Translations under genes and position numbers: made by a program
The notes under the pieces: generated by a model
The model's input: the letters and a program-made list of their open reading frames with translations, nothing else
Databases searched by the model: none
Told to the model about the DNA's origin: nothing
In this document: piece by piece, positions 10,157 to 19,244 of the stretch
Numbering within the stretch: the first letter of the stretch is position 1
Layout of the letters: every line of letters starts with the position of its first letter
Virus record (IMG/VR): IMGVR_UViG_2671180921_000030
Location: 1-45,744 of that record
Source: a virus
Taxonomy: Duplodnaviria; Heunggongvirae; Uroviricota; Caudoviricetes
Reading direction: 5' to 3' (one strand)
DNA length: 45,744 bases

Positions 10157-10903
10157 ATGAAAAATATTGCGACAGGAGGCGTTCTGGAGCGTATCCGCAG
10201 ACTGACCCCACCACATGTAACCGCCCCATTCAGAACGGTTGCGGAGTGGCGCGAGTGGCAACTTGCTGAAGGCCAGAAACGTTGCGAGGAGATCAACCGC
10301 CTGAATCGTCAGTTGCGGGTGGAAAAAATCCTGAATCGCTCTGGCATCCAGCCGTTGCACCGCAAATGCTCGTTTGCGAATTACCAGGTGCAGAACGAAG
10401 GGCAGCGATACGCGTTAAGCCAGGCGAAATCCATCGCCGATGAACTGATGACCGGGTATACAAATTTTGCGTTCAGCGGAAAACCTGGTACCGGGAAGAA
10501 TCACTTAGCGGCAGCTATCGGGAATCGCCTGCTGAAAGACGGTCAGACAGTGATTGTGGTTACCGTGGCTGATGTTATGAGCGCCCTGCACGCCAGCTAT
10601 GACGACGGGCAGTCAGGCGAAAAATTTTTGCGGGAGCTGTGCGAAGTGGATCTGCTGGTTCTTGATGAAATTGGCATTCAGCGCGAGACGAAAAACGAGC
10701 AGGTGGTGCTGCACCAGATTGTTGATCGCCGGACAGCGTCGATGCGCAGCGTGGGGATGCTGACAAACCTGAACTATGAGGCCATGAAAACATTGCTCGG
10801 CGAGCGGATTATGGATCGCATGACCATGAACGGCGGGCGATGGGTGAATTTTAACTGGGAGAGCTGGCGTCCGAATGTTGGTCAGCCAGGAATTGCGAAG
10901 TAA
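10157..10903 (+). CDS. DnaC-like replicative helicase loader (IstB-like AAA+ ATPase)
   Basis: Walker [16 protein letters not shown] and Walker B LLVLDEIG. Confidence 0.8.
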   Translation: MKNIATGGVLERIRRLTPPHVTAPFRTVAEWREWQLAEGQKRCEEINRLNRQLRVEKILNRSGIQPLHRKCSFANYQVQNEGQRYALSQAKSIADELMTGYTNFAFSGKPGTGKNHLAAAIGNRLLKDGQTVIVVTVADVMSALHASYDDGQSGEKFLRELCEVDLLVLDEIGIQRETKNEQVVLHQIVDRRTASMRSVGMLTNLNYEAMKTLLGERIMDRMTMNGGRWVNFNWESWRPNVGQPGIAK

Positions 10904-10925
10904 TTTTTACCGGGAGGAAATTTTA

Positions 10926-11687
10926 ATGGAGACTGTTTTTGACGCACTGAAAGCAATGGGAAAAGCCACATCCATAGAACTTGCTGCGCGACTTGATATC
11001 AGTCGTGAAGAAGTGCTGAACGAACTATGGGAACTGAAAAAGGCTGGTTTTGTTGATAAAAGCGCGTACACCTGGCGTGTGGCTGATAACAACGTTCAGC
11101 AGGAACAGCCAGCGCAGGCAGAACTGCCGGAAGAAACCACCACAGCAACAGTAGCGAAAATCTCAGAGTGCGATTTAACCGCTACGATTGAACAACGCGG
11201 ACCACAAACGGCTGATGAGCTGGCTACATTGTTTGGTACCACATCACGCAAAGCGGCTTCAACGCTGGCAATGGCAATCAGCAAAGGTCGTCTGATTCGC
11301 GTAAATCAGGGCGGTAAATTTCGTTACTGCATGCCGGGCGGTAATTTACCAGCAGAGCCGAAAGCTGCATCGGTAGCGGAAACAGATGGTAAAGCCTTTC
11401 CTCAGCTAGCCGGTGTTGCGTTACCAGTACAGGAAGCTGCAACACAGGAAGATATTAAAACAGAAACTGTGGCGGACATTGTGCAGTCGTTGCCATCGTT
11501 TACTGAAACGCAAGCGGATAACCTGATTTTACCATCGCTGCATATGGCAAACCGTGAACTGCGTCGGGCGAAAAATCATGTCCAGAAGTGGGAGCGAGTC
11601 TGCGCCGCGCTGCGGGAGCTGAACAAGCACCGGGATATTGTTCGACAGATTTTCGATTCCTCCAGTCGTATTGTGTCGGAAAAGTGA
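10926..11687 (+). CDS. Hypothetical phage protein with two winged-helix-like repeats
   Basis: Start trimmed to [13 protein letters not shown]; repeats [30 protein letters not shown] and [33 protein letters not shown]. Confidence 0.4.
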   Translation: METVFDALKAMGKATSIELAARLDISREEVLNELWELKKAGFVDKSAYTWRVADNNVQQEQPAQAELPEETTTATVAKISECDLTATIEQRGPQTADELATLFGTTSRKAASTLAMAISKGRLIRVNQGGKFRYCMPGGNLPAEPKAASVAETDGKAFPQLAGVALPVQEAATQEDIKTETVADIVQSLPSFTETQADNLILPSLHMANRELRRAKNHVQKWERVCAALRELNKHRDIVRQIFDSSSRIVSEK

Positions 11688-12133
11688 TTGCCGGAGGCAC
11701 CTATGGCAAAGTATTTACACCAGAAGAGCGGGAAAAAATTAAAGGGCAGGTTGTTGAACTTGTACGTCTGAGCGGTCGCGAGACGTTACGGGCTCTGGAG
11801 GCTAAAACCGGTGCATCAAGGTATTACATAAGCACTCTCGCCAGAGAACTGGTCGCCAGTGGTGATGTTTACAATTCAGGCTACGGATTATTCCCGTCTG
11901 AGCAGGCTCGTAAGGACTGGCAAAACGCCCGCAAAAAACTATCCAGGGCAAAGGTGAAAAAAACGGTTGTGGTTGATCCTGACCTTATCTGGTCATTACC
12001 AGACGGAGAAATACGCCGCTACGACAGGCGCCTGAATATAATCTGTCGCGAGTGCCGGAAAAGCGAAGTTATGCAGCGTGTACTGGCATTTTACCAGAGT
12101 AATTTCAGGAGGTTGTCTGGTGAGCACGATTAA
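11684..12133 (+). CDS. Hypothetical protein
   Basis: Open frame beginning at a GTG that overlaps the upstream stop; function unknown. Confidence 0.35.
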   Translation: MIAGGTYGKVFTPEEREKIKGQVVELVRLSGRETLRALEAKTGASRYYISTLARELVASGDVYNSGYGLFPSEQARKDWQNARKKLSRAKVKKTVVVDPDLIWSLPDGEIRRYDRRLNIICRECRKSEVMQRVLAFYQSNFRRLSGEHD

Positions 12134-12158
12134 CTACTAGGGGGGATAACAATAAAAT

Positions 12159-12178
12159 AAAGCCTCCTAGGAGGCTTT
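12159..12178. terminator. Perfect 20-bp palindrome, bidirectional terminator
   Basis: AAAGCCTCCTAGGAGGCTTT with A-rich and T-rich flanks between convergent genes; the methyltransferase stop codon is in its centre. Confidence 0.5.
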
Positions 12179-13207
12179 GATTATATTAAGCAAATGTTTT
12201 CCAATCGTTTCAGACATCTTCGGAGGGACCGCATTTCCTATTTGACGAGCCCGAGATTGCAAAGAACCAATAAATTTATAATCCAAAGGAAATGTTTGTA
12301 GACACGCTGCTTCACGAACCGATATTGCTCGATTTTGTGTTGGATGTCCAAAACGTCCATTTGAATAGCTAATACAACGAGTTGTTAGTCCGCTGGCTGG
12401 TTTGTCCCAACTCAAACGTCCATATACGTCTGTATGCCCTTTATGGTTACGATGGCATTCTAAAATCAATTCATCTGGCCAAAATTCTCGACTTCCACCT
12501 TCAGGAGTGCATTTTATTCTACGTAAATTAAGCTCTGATAAGCGTGCAGCTTCATGATCAGGAATACTATTATGCTTTTCTCCTGCTTCTATCTTCGGTA
12601 AATTAGCGATCCAGTCCTTTACTGTTGAATAGGGAGTATTTCCAACCCCATGTGTAGGAGAAGGCAATGCGACATAAAAATCCTTGGATGCAATGAGCAC
12701 TAATCTTTCTCGCGTCTGTGGTACACCGTACCACGCAGCTGGCATTACTTTATAATCTACACTATATCCCTTTGATGAAAGCATTTCTAAAAACATCATG
12801 AATGTTCCTTCATTTTTGTTAAACTTTTGCATTCCTGGCACGTTTTCAACAAAAATAAAATCAGGCATATAATGCTCTACAAAGCGACTGAATTCCTTTA
12901 ATAGATCTAATCGTGGATCATCATTTTTCTTATTTGAGTTTTGCTTAGAGTACGGTTGACAAGGCGCACATCCTGAAAAAAGAATGTAATCATTACGATG
13001 TTTTTTTACTAACTTGTTTATGGCATTGTTGTCGATTAACCTAATGTCCGAGTTAATAAAAGCAGCCTGCGGGAAATTTGCACGAAATGAACTGGCTGCA
13101 TCAACGTCGAAATCGAGGCCAAAAACAATATCCATTCCAGCTTGATGGAAACCTTGGCTGGTTCCACCACAACCGGAAAAGAAGTCAAACACTTTGATTT
13201 TTTTCAT
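12167..13207 (-). CDS. DNA (cytosine-5)-methyltransferase
   Basis: Motif I FDFFSGCGG, motif IV PCQPYS, ENV, QTRERL, GNAVPP; trimmed to MKKIKVF preceded by AGAGGGA; AT-rich by inspection. Confidence 0.85.
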   Translation of the reverse strand: MKKIKVFDFFSGCGGTSQGFHQAGMDIVFGLDFDVDAASSFRANFPQAAFINSDIRLIDNNAINKLVKKHRNDYILFSGCAPCQPYSKQNSNKKNDDPRLDLLKEFSRFVEHYMPDFIFVENVPGMQKFNKNEGTFMMFLEMLSSKGYSVDYKVMPAAWYGVPQTRERLVLIASKDFYVALPSPTHGVGNTPYSTVKDWIANLPKIEAGEKHNSIPDHEAARLSELNLRRIKCTPEGGSREFWPDELILECHRNHKGHTDVYGRLSWDKPASGLTTRCISYSNGRFGHPTQNRAISVREAACLQTFPLDYKFIGSLQSRARQIGNAVPPKMSETIGKHLLNIIKAS

Positions 13208-13230
13208 TTTTCCCTCTGCATCCAGAATCA

Positions 13231-15060
13231 CTACCTAATGATACCACGGTCAAGAGCCTGAGTAATTATTTTTCTTATTTTTATAAATTCAGGCAATTCA
13301 TTTTTAAGTCTTGCGGTCATCATTTGTTGGAGGCAAAAAATTTCCTCTGCATTTACTTCTTCTTTATCATACAGGTGTTGCGCTAATAATCTTATTTGAT
13401 TCTTATACAGTTCTGGATCATTAGAACTCCAGGTCTGTGAATCAATTATTTCTTTTTCACTTGGCGTAATTGCCTTTTCAATGAGTAATTGTTCGGGAGT
13501 ATCAAATGGTAAATACTGCACTTTATTGAATGCATACTCAAGCACTTGCCTTTTGAGTCTATTAGATTCTTGTTCATTTTTTTTGCCATTACTACCACTG
13601 GCATTGATAATTAACTCGCAACCATAATATTTGCACATTGTATTAACTAAATCAGCATCAGCAATTTCACTAATTCTTACTGGTTTTATTTTTTTGTTGT
13701 TATCACCATCAAGTAAAAACAAAATATCATTGCGTTCTACCACAGCGTAACTGGGAAGATGCTTGCTTAAAATGGTCTCCGAACCACCTGGTATATAACT
13801 TACACTAAATGATAAGCTTAATCTTTCATCATTTTTAATCGCTTTATCTATAATTGCTTTAGCTAATTTATCTTCTACAATTATTGTTTTCTTGTTAATA
13901 TCATGCCCTAGCTCTATAAAAGCTTCATCCGGTGCTATATTTTGAACTATTTTAGCTGTTTCACTCTCTTCATCAAAAACAAATAATTTAATGGCATCTT
14001 TGGGAAGAGTGTTCACAATAACAGGAGAATGGGTTGATATTACCACTTGATGTTTTTTCTGCTCAACAATAGAGTACAGAACATCCATCATCCTTTTTTG
14101 TGCACCAGGGTGAAGTGAAACTTCTGGTTCGTCAAGAAGAATTAATGAATTAGGTTTGGCCGAATAAATATTGAGTATTAGTGAAACTATTGCAAATTCA
14201 CCACTTCCAGCAAACGCTTCTGTATAGTTCAACTTATCAGTTGAAAGTAAAGCGGTTCCTCCTCTGGTTCCAAATAACCGATGCTCAAGAAATTTAATGA
14301 CTTTATATTTTTTCCCTAATATAAATGAGACGTGCTCAACTAGTTCTGGCGCCAAGGTTATATTTTTAACAATGGTTTCCGCCCCCCAGAGTCTTAAATT
14401 ACTTAGCTTTTCATCAAAAGCTTTCTTTATATATTTAGATTTGCTTCTGATATAGTCTTGCTTTGTAATTAATACACCACTCTTCTTCTTTCTTAATTTA
14501 AAATCAGAGTGATACATACATCTATCAAATGCACTTATTTCCGATCTGAAATCTAGGAAAACCAATCCCTTCTTGATTTTTTTCCATCTGGTTGCATTAC
14601 TATTAGCACCCAGATCATCCGAAATACTCTCCATGTTATCACCAACAGATGGTCGACTTGTTTCCCAATAATCGATTGTTTTCTTGGTAGCATTGATACG
14701 TGCTTGGAGTATTTCAACTAAACGGCCATCAGCATTTTTATATCCATATATATATCTAGGTTTAAGAGAACTGCCATCAGCAAGTTTTAGGTCAGGAAAC
14801 TCATCTGTTTCAGTTGTGAACCAATAACGAGTTATATTTTTACCATGTGGGCAACCAAATAGCGCTTTGATAACAGAACTTTTATTAGTTCCATTTTTTC
14901 CTACTAAAGCCGTTATAGGGAACTGAAAATCGATCCTTGCATTCTGCTCTATATTTTTAAAGTATGGAAAACGGATATGTTGTATGAATGGTTCAAATTC
15001 ACCGTTTTTTAACGCGCACTGGAGTGTTCGAATTTTGCTCTTGTATGCGGAAGTGCTCAT
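13231..15060 (-). CDS. OLD-family ABC-ATPase with C-terminal TOPRIM nuclease domain
   Basis: Walker A LVGKNGTNKSS, Walker B/D-loop LLDEPEVSLHP, H-loop ISTHSP, TOPRIM-like IIVEDK and LFLLDGDN; 23-nt gap to downstream methyltransferase. Confidence 0.75.
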   Translation of the reverse strand: MSTSAYKSKIRTLQCALKNGEFEPFIQHIRFPYFKNIEQNARIDFQFPITALVGKNGTNKSSVIKALFGCPHGKNITRYWFTTETDEFPDLKLADGSSLKPRYIYGYKNADGRLVEILQARINATKKTIDYWETSRPSVGDNMESISDDLGANSNATRWKKIKKGLVFLDFRSEISAFDRCMYHSDFKLRKKKSGVLITKQDYIRSKSKYIKKAFDEKLSNLRLWGAETIVKNITLAPELVEHVSFILGKKYKVIKFLEHRLFGTRGGTALLSTDKLNYTEAFAGSGEFAIVSLILNIYSAKPNSLILLDEPEVSLHPGAQKRMMDVLYSIVEQKKHQVVISTHSPVIVNTLPKDAIKLFVFDEESETAKIVQNIAPDEAFIELGHDINKKTIIVEDKLAKAIIDKAIKNDERLSLSFSVSYIPGGSETILSKHLPSYAVVERNDILFLLDGDNNKKIKPVRISEIADADLVNTMCKYYGCELIINASGSNGKKNEQESNRLKRQVLEYAFNKVQYLPFDTPEQLLIEKAITPSEKEIIDSQTWSSNDPELYKNQIRLLAQHLYDKEEVNAEEIFCLQQMMTARLKNELPEFIKIRKIITQALDRGIIR

Positions 15061-15208
15061 TGTTTACTAAAGTCCATAATAGGCTATTAACAGGTTGAGG
15101 ATGACATGATAACGATTTTTAATGCAGATAAAAGAGGTTTGTTGGTTAGCACACAACAGAAAAAGTGACCTTACCGCTTGAACGAAAGGTAAGGGTAAGT
15201 AGGCTGTG

Positions 15209-15361
15209 ATGCAGCAAAAGACGATGTTAACCGCCCTGATCGTCATCTGTTTAACCGTCATTGTTACGGCACTGGTAACGAGAAAAGACCTCTGCGAGGT
15301 ACGAATCCGAACCGGCCAGACGGAGGTCGCTGTCTTCACAGCTTACGAACCTGAGGAGTAA
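15209..15361 (+). CDS. hok: Hok/Gef-family type I toxin
   Basis: 50-aa ORF below the track cutoff: MQQKTMLTALIVICLTVIVTALVTRKDLCEVRIRTGQTEVAVFTAYEPEE, almost identical to my recollection of HokD/RelF. Confidence 0.75.
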   Translation: MQQKTMLTALIVICLTVIVTALVTRKDLCEVRIRTGQTEVAVFTAYEPEE

Positions 15362-15429
15362 GAGACTAGGCGAGGGAGAAATCCCTCGCCACCTCTGATG
15401 AGTCAGGCATCCTCAACGCACCCGCGCTT

Positions 15430-15452
15430 AACCCGTTTCGGCGGGTTTTTTG
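15430..15452 (+). terminator. Rho-independent terminator downstream of hok
   Basis: Stem acccg/cgggt followed by T6. Confidence 0.5.
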
Positions 15453-15483
15453 TTGCGCGCTGAATACGCAGGGTGAAAAATAA

Positions 15484-15556
15484 CCATATATTTGATTATA
15501 TACACAACACAAAATAAAAGTCATTGTACCTGCACATTAAATAATCAAATATATGG
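15484..15556. repeat. Perfect 16-bp inverted repeat pair with 41-bp spacer
   Basis: CCATATATTTGATTAT (15484..15499) and its exact reverse complement ATAATCAAATATATGG (15541..15556). Confidence 0.6.
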
Positions 15557-15636
15557 CGTGAAATAAATATTTTTCAGATTAATATTTTTGTCTCTATGTG
15601 GATATAACCTTTTGTACTTATAAACCTGGAGGCATC

Positions 15637-15849
15637 GTGGAAAAAATAAAGAAACTATTTAGTAGCAAATACGCAGTCATACGTCGTGATGACCTGTCAG
15701 TTATAGTCGAAATGGATTACTTCCCTGAAATCCCAAAATCAATGATGTATCGTAATGGTCGAAAGGCAATTTTTTTACCGATGAGGGTAAGTGACATTAT
15801 GGGAAATGATAAACTGCTGGATGAATTGCGAGTCAGAGCATCCTGTTAG
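15637..15849 (+). CDS. Hypothetical nin-region protein
   Basis: Trimmed to GTG preceded by GGAGG. Confidence 0.35.
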   Translation: MEKIKKLFSSKYAVIRRDDLSVIVEMDYFPEIPKSMMYRNGRKAIFLPMRVSDIMGNDKLLDELRVRASC

Positions 15850-15920
15850 TATTGGCATTAATTCTGGTATACTACATAACGGGCTGAACACCCATTCTAC
15901 TGCGCCAGCGGAGAACTACG

Positions 15921-16520
15921 ATGGCGCATATACAACTGGTCAAACAAACCTCTTCCGGATTACTTCTCCCGGCGACGCCGGAGAGTTGCGATTTTTTGCA
16001 TCAAATCAAAATAGGTGAGTGGATACACGCAGACTTTAAGCGTGTGCGTAACTATGCATTTCACAAGCGTTTTTTCAAACTTCTGCAACTTGGATTCGAT
16101 TACTGGACTCCGGTCGGTGGGGCGATCACACCTCGCGAACGAGAAATGGTGTTCGGCTTCGTTGATTACCTGTGTGAATCAGTAGGCAGGGAACATACGC
16201 CAGCTCTGAGTGATGCCGCGGAACAATATCTGAATACCGTTGCGACACGCAGAACCCAGGATATGGCATTGCTCAAATCATTTGACGCTTTCCGCGAGTG
16301 GGTGACCATTCAGGCCGGCTTCTACACCGAGCATTTTTATCCAGACGGTAGCCGCGGGCGTCGGGCGAAGTCCATTGCTTTTGCGAATATGGACGAAACT
16401 GAATTTCAACAGGTTTATAAAGCTGTACTTAACGTCCTGTGGAACTGGATCCTGTTCCGTAAATTCTCCTCTCTGGAGGAAGTCGAAAATGTGGCCGCGC
16501 AGATACTGGAGTTTGCGTAA
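15921..16520 (+). CDS. Nin-region protein (YbcN/DUF1367-like, tentative)
   Basis: 199-aa ORF with GGAGA upstream; position before YbcO-like gene and Q. Confidence 0.5.
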   Translation: MAHIQLVKQTSSGLLLPATPESCDFLHQIKIGEWIHADFKRVRNYAFHKRFFKLLQLGFDYWTPVGGAITPREREMVFGFVDYLCESVGREHTPALSDAAEQYLNTVATRRTQDMALLKSFDAFREWVTIQAGFYTEHFYPDGSRGRRAKSIAFANMDETEFQQVYKAVLNVLWNWILFRKFSSLEEVENVAAQILEFA

Positions 16521-16810
16521 TGGTGAGTTTACGTAAAGCAGCGCGGGGCCAGATGTGCCAGGTCAGAATCCCTGGCTACTGCAATCACAATCCCGAAACG
16601 TCTGTGCTGGCGCATTACAGGCTGGCGGGGACGTGCGGAACAGCGACAAAACCACACGATATGCAGGCAGCGATTGCCTGTAGCTCATGCCACGATTTAA
16701 TCGACGGGCGGGTAAAAACCAGCGATTACACCAAAGAAGAATTACGCCTGATGCATGCAGAAGGTGTTTTTCGCACACAAGAAATCTGGAGAAAGGAAGG
16801 TTATTTATGA
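16520..16810 (+). CDS. YbcO-like (DUF1364) putative nuclease
   Basis: 96-aa Cys/His-rich product LRKAARGQMCQVRIPGYCNHNPETSVLAHYRL...IACSSCHDLIDGR matches recollection of DLP12 YbcO. Confidence 0.6.
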   Translation: MVSLRKAARGQMCQVRIPGYCNHNPETSVLAHYRLAGTCGTATKPHDMQAAIACSSCHDLIDGRVKTSDYTKEELRLMHAEGVFRTQEIWRKEGYL

Positions 16811-17361
16811 TTTACCCAACAAATACAGGCAAAAGCGGGGAACACCTTCGTCTCACCACGCTGGAAAGTGTCTGGATTCAGGGAAAACTGCGCATGTGGG
16901 GGCGCTGGTCGTATATTGGCGGCGGTAAGACGGGAAATATGTTCAACCAGTTGCTGACCTCTAAAAAGCTGACAAAAACGGCAATTAACGAGGCGCTCCG
17001 GAGGATGAAAAAAGCAGGTCTGGACAAACCTGAACTTGAGGCTTTTTTGCGGGATATGATCAACGGCAAGCAAAAAAGCTGGCTGGTGCATTGTACTGAT
17101 GCAGAGGCGTTATGCATTGATCGGGTGATTAGTGAAGTGCTGGCAGAACACCCAGGATTGATTTGTATCCTCCGGCAACGATATGAAGGGCGGGGGATGA
17201 CTAAGCGAAAAATGGCTGAATTGCTGAATGATTCACACCCTGAGTGGTGTTACGCCACGTGCCGTAATCGCATAGATGCGTGGTTGAAAATGGCAGAGTT
17301 TATGCTCTATCTACCGATGCGTGATGCATTCTCTTCCGGGGATCTAAAAACCGTCTGTTGA
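16807..17361 (+). CDS. Q-like late antiterminator (phage 82/21 type, tentative)
   Basis: Trimmed to MIYPTNTGKSG overlapping the upstream stop; WGRW motif; followed by promoter plus terminator as for pR'/tR'. Confidence 0.5.
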   Translation: MIYPTNTGKSGEHLRLTTLESVWIQGKLRMWGRWSYIGGGKTGNMFNQLLTSKKLTKTAINEALRRMKKAGLDKPELEAFLRDMINGKQKSWLVHCTDAEALCIDRVISEVLAEHPGLICILRQRYEGRGMTKRKMAELLNDSHPEWCYATCRNRIDAWLKMAEFMLYLPMRDAFSSGDLKTVC

Positions 17362-17387
17362 CTCAATCTGTTATCCGGGGCTATATT
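17358..17387 (+). promoter_or_regulatory. Candidate late promoter pR'
   Basis: TTGACT, 18 nt, TATATT immediately after the Q-like gene. Confidence 0.45.
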
Positions 17388-17448
17388 CCTCACGCGCCAG
17401 CAAAATCTGGCGTCGGGATTAGCACCCCGGATGTTTACGGAGCGATAT

Positions 17449-17471
17449 GAGACGCGCCCGCGTCTTTTTTT
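17449..17471 (+). terminator. Candidate tR' terminator
   Basis: GC stem agacgcg/cgcgtct followed by T7, about 60-80 nt downstream of the candidate pR'. Confidence 0.5.
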
Positions 17472-17635
17472 CATATCGTTTGCACAGTCACATTCGCGAT
17501 TTATGGCGGGCTGTGTGGGGGAGCCGAAAGGCTCGCCGGTTTCCGTACCCGGTAGTGCTAACCCCGCACAGTTCGCCACCACGATGATTAGCACCTGACG
17601 GTGGCGATAATGTCCAAATGTACGGAGTTATCGTT

Positions 17636-18217
17636 ATGACCACTCAAATCTCTGTTGAAACTCTCTCCCCGATCACCCATAACCAGATTCCTGTTATTAC
17701 CACCGAACTTTTGGCGCAGCTTTACGGCACTGAGCCGGTGCGTATTCGCCAGAATCATCATGAGAACAAAGTACGCTTCGTTGAAGGGAAACACTTTTTC
17801 AAAGTTGTTGGTAATGACCTTAAAGAATTGCGGGTCGCTTTAAACTACTCACAAAATTTGCAACCATCTTTAAGAGGGTTACAAATTTCCCCGAAAGCCC
17901 GCTCCCTCATACTCTGGACAGAACGCGGAGCAGGCCGTCATGCCAAAATGCTCGAAACCGATCAGGCGTGGGATGTGTTCGAAAGACTGGAAGACTGCTA
18001 TTTCAGACAAAAGGATCCGTCAGCGCCAGTTTCATGCCAGAAAAGTTACGACACGCGAGTTCTCTGTTATCAGCGAGGCGGTGTCACTGTTTCCACAATT
18101 CAGTTGCGGGATGATGATATTGTTATTTCCCTTGAGTCATGGCTGGAACTGGCGAGAGCCAATGGTTGGTTTGTTGTTCGCAGAGATAAACTGGTGGAAA
18201 GGCTGATGCAGCTTTAA
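17636..18217 (+). CDS. Hypothetical protein, possibly KilA-N/ORF6N-like DNA-binding
   Basis: Trimmed to MTTQISVETL; family assignment from memory only. Confidence 0.4.
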   Translation: MTTQISVETLSPITHNQIPVITTELLAQLYGTEPVRIRQNHHENKVRFVEGKHFFKVVGNDLKELRVALNYSQNLQPSLRGLQISPKARSLILWTERGAGRHAKMLETDQAWDVFERLEDCYFRQKDPSAPVSCQKSYDTRVLCYQRGGVTVSTIQLRDDDIVISLESWLELARANGWFVVRRDKLVERLMQL

Positions 18218-18313
18218 AAAAGTTCTTGCAATTTTAGCCATAAACTGCTTCAATCCCGGTACGCTTCGCAAAGCTGTATCGCGAGGCGAACCAAGCGCAT
18301 GAACTTTACCAGA

Positions 18314-18338
18314 ACCCGCCATTGAGCGGGTTTTGTTG
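18314..18338 (+). terminator. Rho-independent terminator
   Basis: Stem acccgc/gcgggt followed by a T run; closely resembles the terminator at 38554..38578. Confidence 0.45.
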
Positions 18339-18450
18339 TTTCTGGTACTGGCGAACCTGATGTTTCATTTCTGGAGCGCGATTCCTGGCGGAATACCTGG
18401 AATCGAGACATTCTGGTAAAATTGTGTTCAGTACAGGATGTGGAGGTGAG

Positions 18451-19020
18451 ATGAGAGAACTACCTAAAGTTTATTTTTTAGGAGTAGATGATGAGCTCGT
18501 CGATTATCTTGAAAAACAAGGGGAAGAGACGATACGAGAGATTCATCTTTCTAACAAAACCAATGTTGAGAATGGATACAAACTTCTGAACATTCAGATT
18601 GTTGGAATTGGCTCATCTTTTTTATTGCTGACACAGAAAACTAATTTCGATTTTCTCACCGCCGGAATTACCACATTTACATTACTATGGACATGGTGCG
18701 CCATTTACTTGGTATGTACTGGTTTATCTGTGAAGGTTAGGGGCCTGATCAATGCCCCTCCTGATCATCTATATCATGAAAAATATAAGGATATGGAGCC
18801 CTCGAGCTTTAAAATATTCGCTGATGCAGGATATTTAGGACCTGATAAGTTATTGCCGCTTATACGAAGGTATCGCCTTGTTGACTTGAGTGATACAGCA
18901 AGAGAGTTACTGTTGGAAAATGAGAAAATCCGCACGAGTCTCGATAAAGCAAGGATGTATACCATCCTTGCTCCAGTAGCTGCGATGTTTATCTCGGCTG
19001 TTTTTTTATATGTTCAATGA
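18451..19020 (+). CDS. AT-rich membrane protein moron
   Basis: Trimmed to ATG preceded by GGAGGTGAG; three hydrophobic segments; AT-rich by inspection. Confidence 0.5.
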   Translation: MRELPKVYFLGVDDELVDYLEKQGEETIREIHLSNKTNVENGYKLLNIQIVGIGSSFLLLTQKTNFDFLTAGITTFTLLWTWCAIYLVCTGLSVKVRGLINAPPDHLYHEKYKDMEPSSFKIFADAGYLGPDKLLPLIRRYRLVDLSDTARELLLENEKIRTSLDKARMYTILAPVAAMFISAVFLYVQ

Positions 19021-19150
19021 CTGAGTCGGCAGAATCTCCAACAAAAACACGACGTGTAGCAAAGTCTGCAGTACTTTGTGTTGGAGTTGGTTTTGGTGCC
19101 ACGGGTTGCTGAGGTTTATTTTCACCTTGTGGCTTGTTTTTTTCAGACAT
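18989..19150 (-). CDS. Small Pro/Gln-rich protein
   Basis: 53-aa ORF MSEKNKPQGENKPQQPVAPKPTPTQ... with AAAGAGGA upstream; convergent overlap with 18451..19020. Confidence 0.35.
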   Translation of the reverse strand: MSEKNKPQGENKPQQPVAPKPTPTQSTADFATRRVFVGDSADSVIEHIKKQPR

Positions 19151-19244
19151 AAAAATCCTCTTTGTTTGAATTGTTACTTTTGGCGATTTAACGATATCAA
19201 ACACGAGTATATACCGCCAGAAGCTTAATCTGGCACTCCATCTG

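Noticed and set aside
8764-10360. Minus-strand ORFs 8764..9231, 9751..10296 and 9812..10360
   Set aside because: Antisense to the cro-like, ydaT-like, replication and DnaC-like genes; Arg/Ser/Pro-rich products typical of GC-rich shadow frames
15067-15339. Minus-strand ORF 15067..15339 (90 aa)
   Set aside because: Antisense to the well-supported hok toxin ORF and its leader; starts at GTG without SD
17505-17580. Possible tRNA gene downstream of Q (sequence ends in GCCACCA)
   Set aside because: No acceptor, D, anticodon or T-arm cloverleaf could be built and there is no GTTCGA-type T-loop; kept only as a generic structured RNA candidate
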